From Trypanosoma brucei (lineage: Eukaryota), in NCBI GenBank assembly GCA_000002445.1, contig CH464491.1, positions 4,192,001 through 4,256,000 of the forward strand: a DNA stretch of 64,000 nucleotides, read 5' to 3'. Positions 63,992 through 64,000 of the stretch are shown piece by piece. Position 1 is the stretch's first letter, and each line of letters opens with the position of its first letter. The position numbers were made by a program, and so were the translations under genes. The notes beneath the pieces are model-generated. The model searched no databases and was not told the origin of the DNA. It was given only the letters and a program-made list of their open reading frames with translations.

Positions 63992-64000
63992 TATATCAAA

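Noticed and set aside
1-64000. tRNA / SL RNA / 5S rRNA genes
   Set aside because: Scanned by eye for T-loop-like GGTTCGAATCC/GTTCGA(A/T)TC boxes, the spliced-leader 39-mer (AACTAACGCTATTATTAGAA...) and the 5S start. No convincing matches (isolated 'ctcgaatcg' at about 29690 and its mirror at about 35950 lack surrounding tRNA structure). A covariance-model scan (tRNAscan-SE/Infernal) would be needed to be certain.
1-64000. Prokaryotic interpretation (operon, CRISPR, defence island)
   Set aside because: Gene content is unmistakably eukaryotic (MCM7, USP, HECT, Doa10, alpha-SNAP, TBCA). There are no Shine-Dalgarno-spaced short intergenic gaps and no direct-repeat/spacer array. Pervasive microsatellites and polypyrimidine tracts fit a trypanosomatid nuclear genome.

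Overview
Eukaryotic nuclear DNA with the organisation of a kinetoplastid (Trypanosoma) chromosome core. The genes are long and intronless, and are separated by purine- or pyrimidine-rich spacers and microsatellites ((TA)n, (CA)n, (GT)n, (AAT)n, (AAAT)n). Apart from one small plus-strand ORF at 32158-32826, every credible gene is on the minus strand, so the window is one segment of a single polycistronic transcription unit (PTU) read from high to low coordinates. From memory the nucleoside diphosphate kinase matches Trypanosoma brucei NDPK, so a T. brucei-group origin is likely but unverified. Proteins assigned from motifs: FYVE-finger protein, alpha-SNAP-like protein, a long coiled-coil protein, USP-type deubiquitinase, FG-GAP repeat membrane protein, NDPK, MCM7, tubulin cofactor A, PhLP3/TXNDC9-like thioredoxin-fold protein, cNMP-binding protein, HAT/TPR-like helical protein, Doa10/MARCH6-type RING-CH membrane E3, a helical-repeat plus PIN-like nuclease protein, and a giant (>3769 aa, N-terminus beyond the window edge) HECT E3 with ZZ and three SPRY domains. 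The unusual part is a ~9.6 kb gene-poor island (about 28.3-37.9 kb). It holds a near-perfect ~1.9 kb inverted repeat pair (about 29.04-30.96 kb and 34.70-36.61 kb) around a ~3.7 kb spacer. That spacer carries the only convincing plus-strand ORF, an AT-rich, ESAG8/LRRP-like leucine-rich-repeat fragment. A ~167 bp direct repeat with a 393 bp period sits in the 16.2-16.8 kb intergenic region. No rRNA genes or CRISPR arrays were seen; tRNAs were checked only by a manual T-loop motif scan, which found none.
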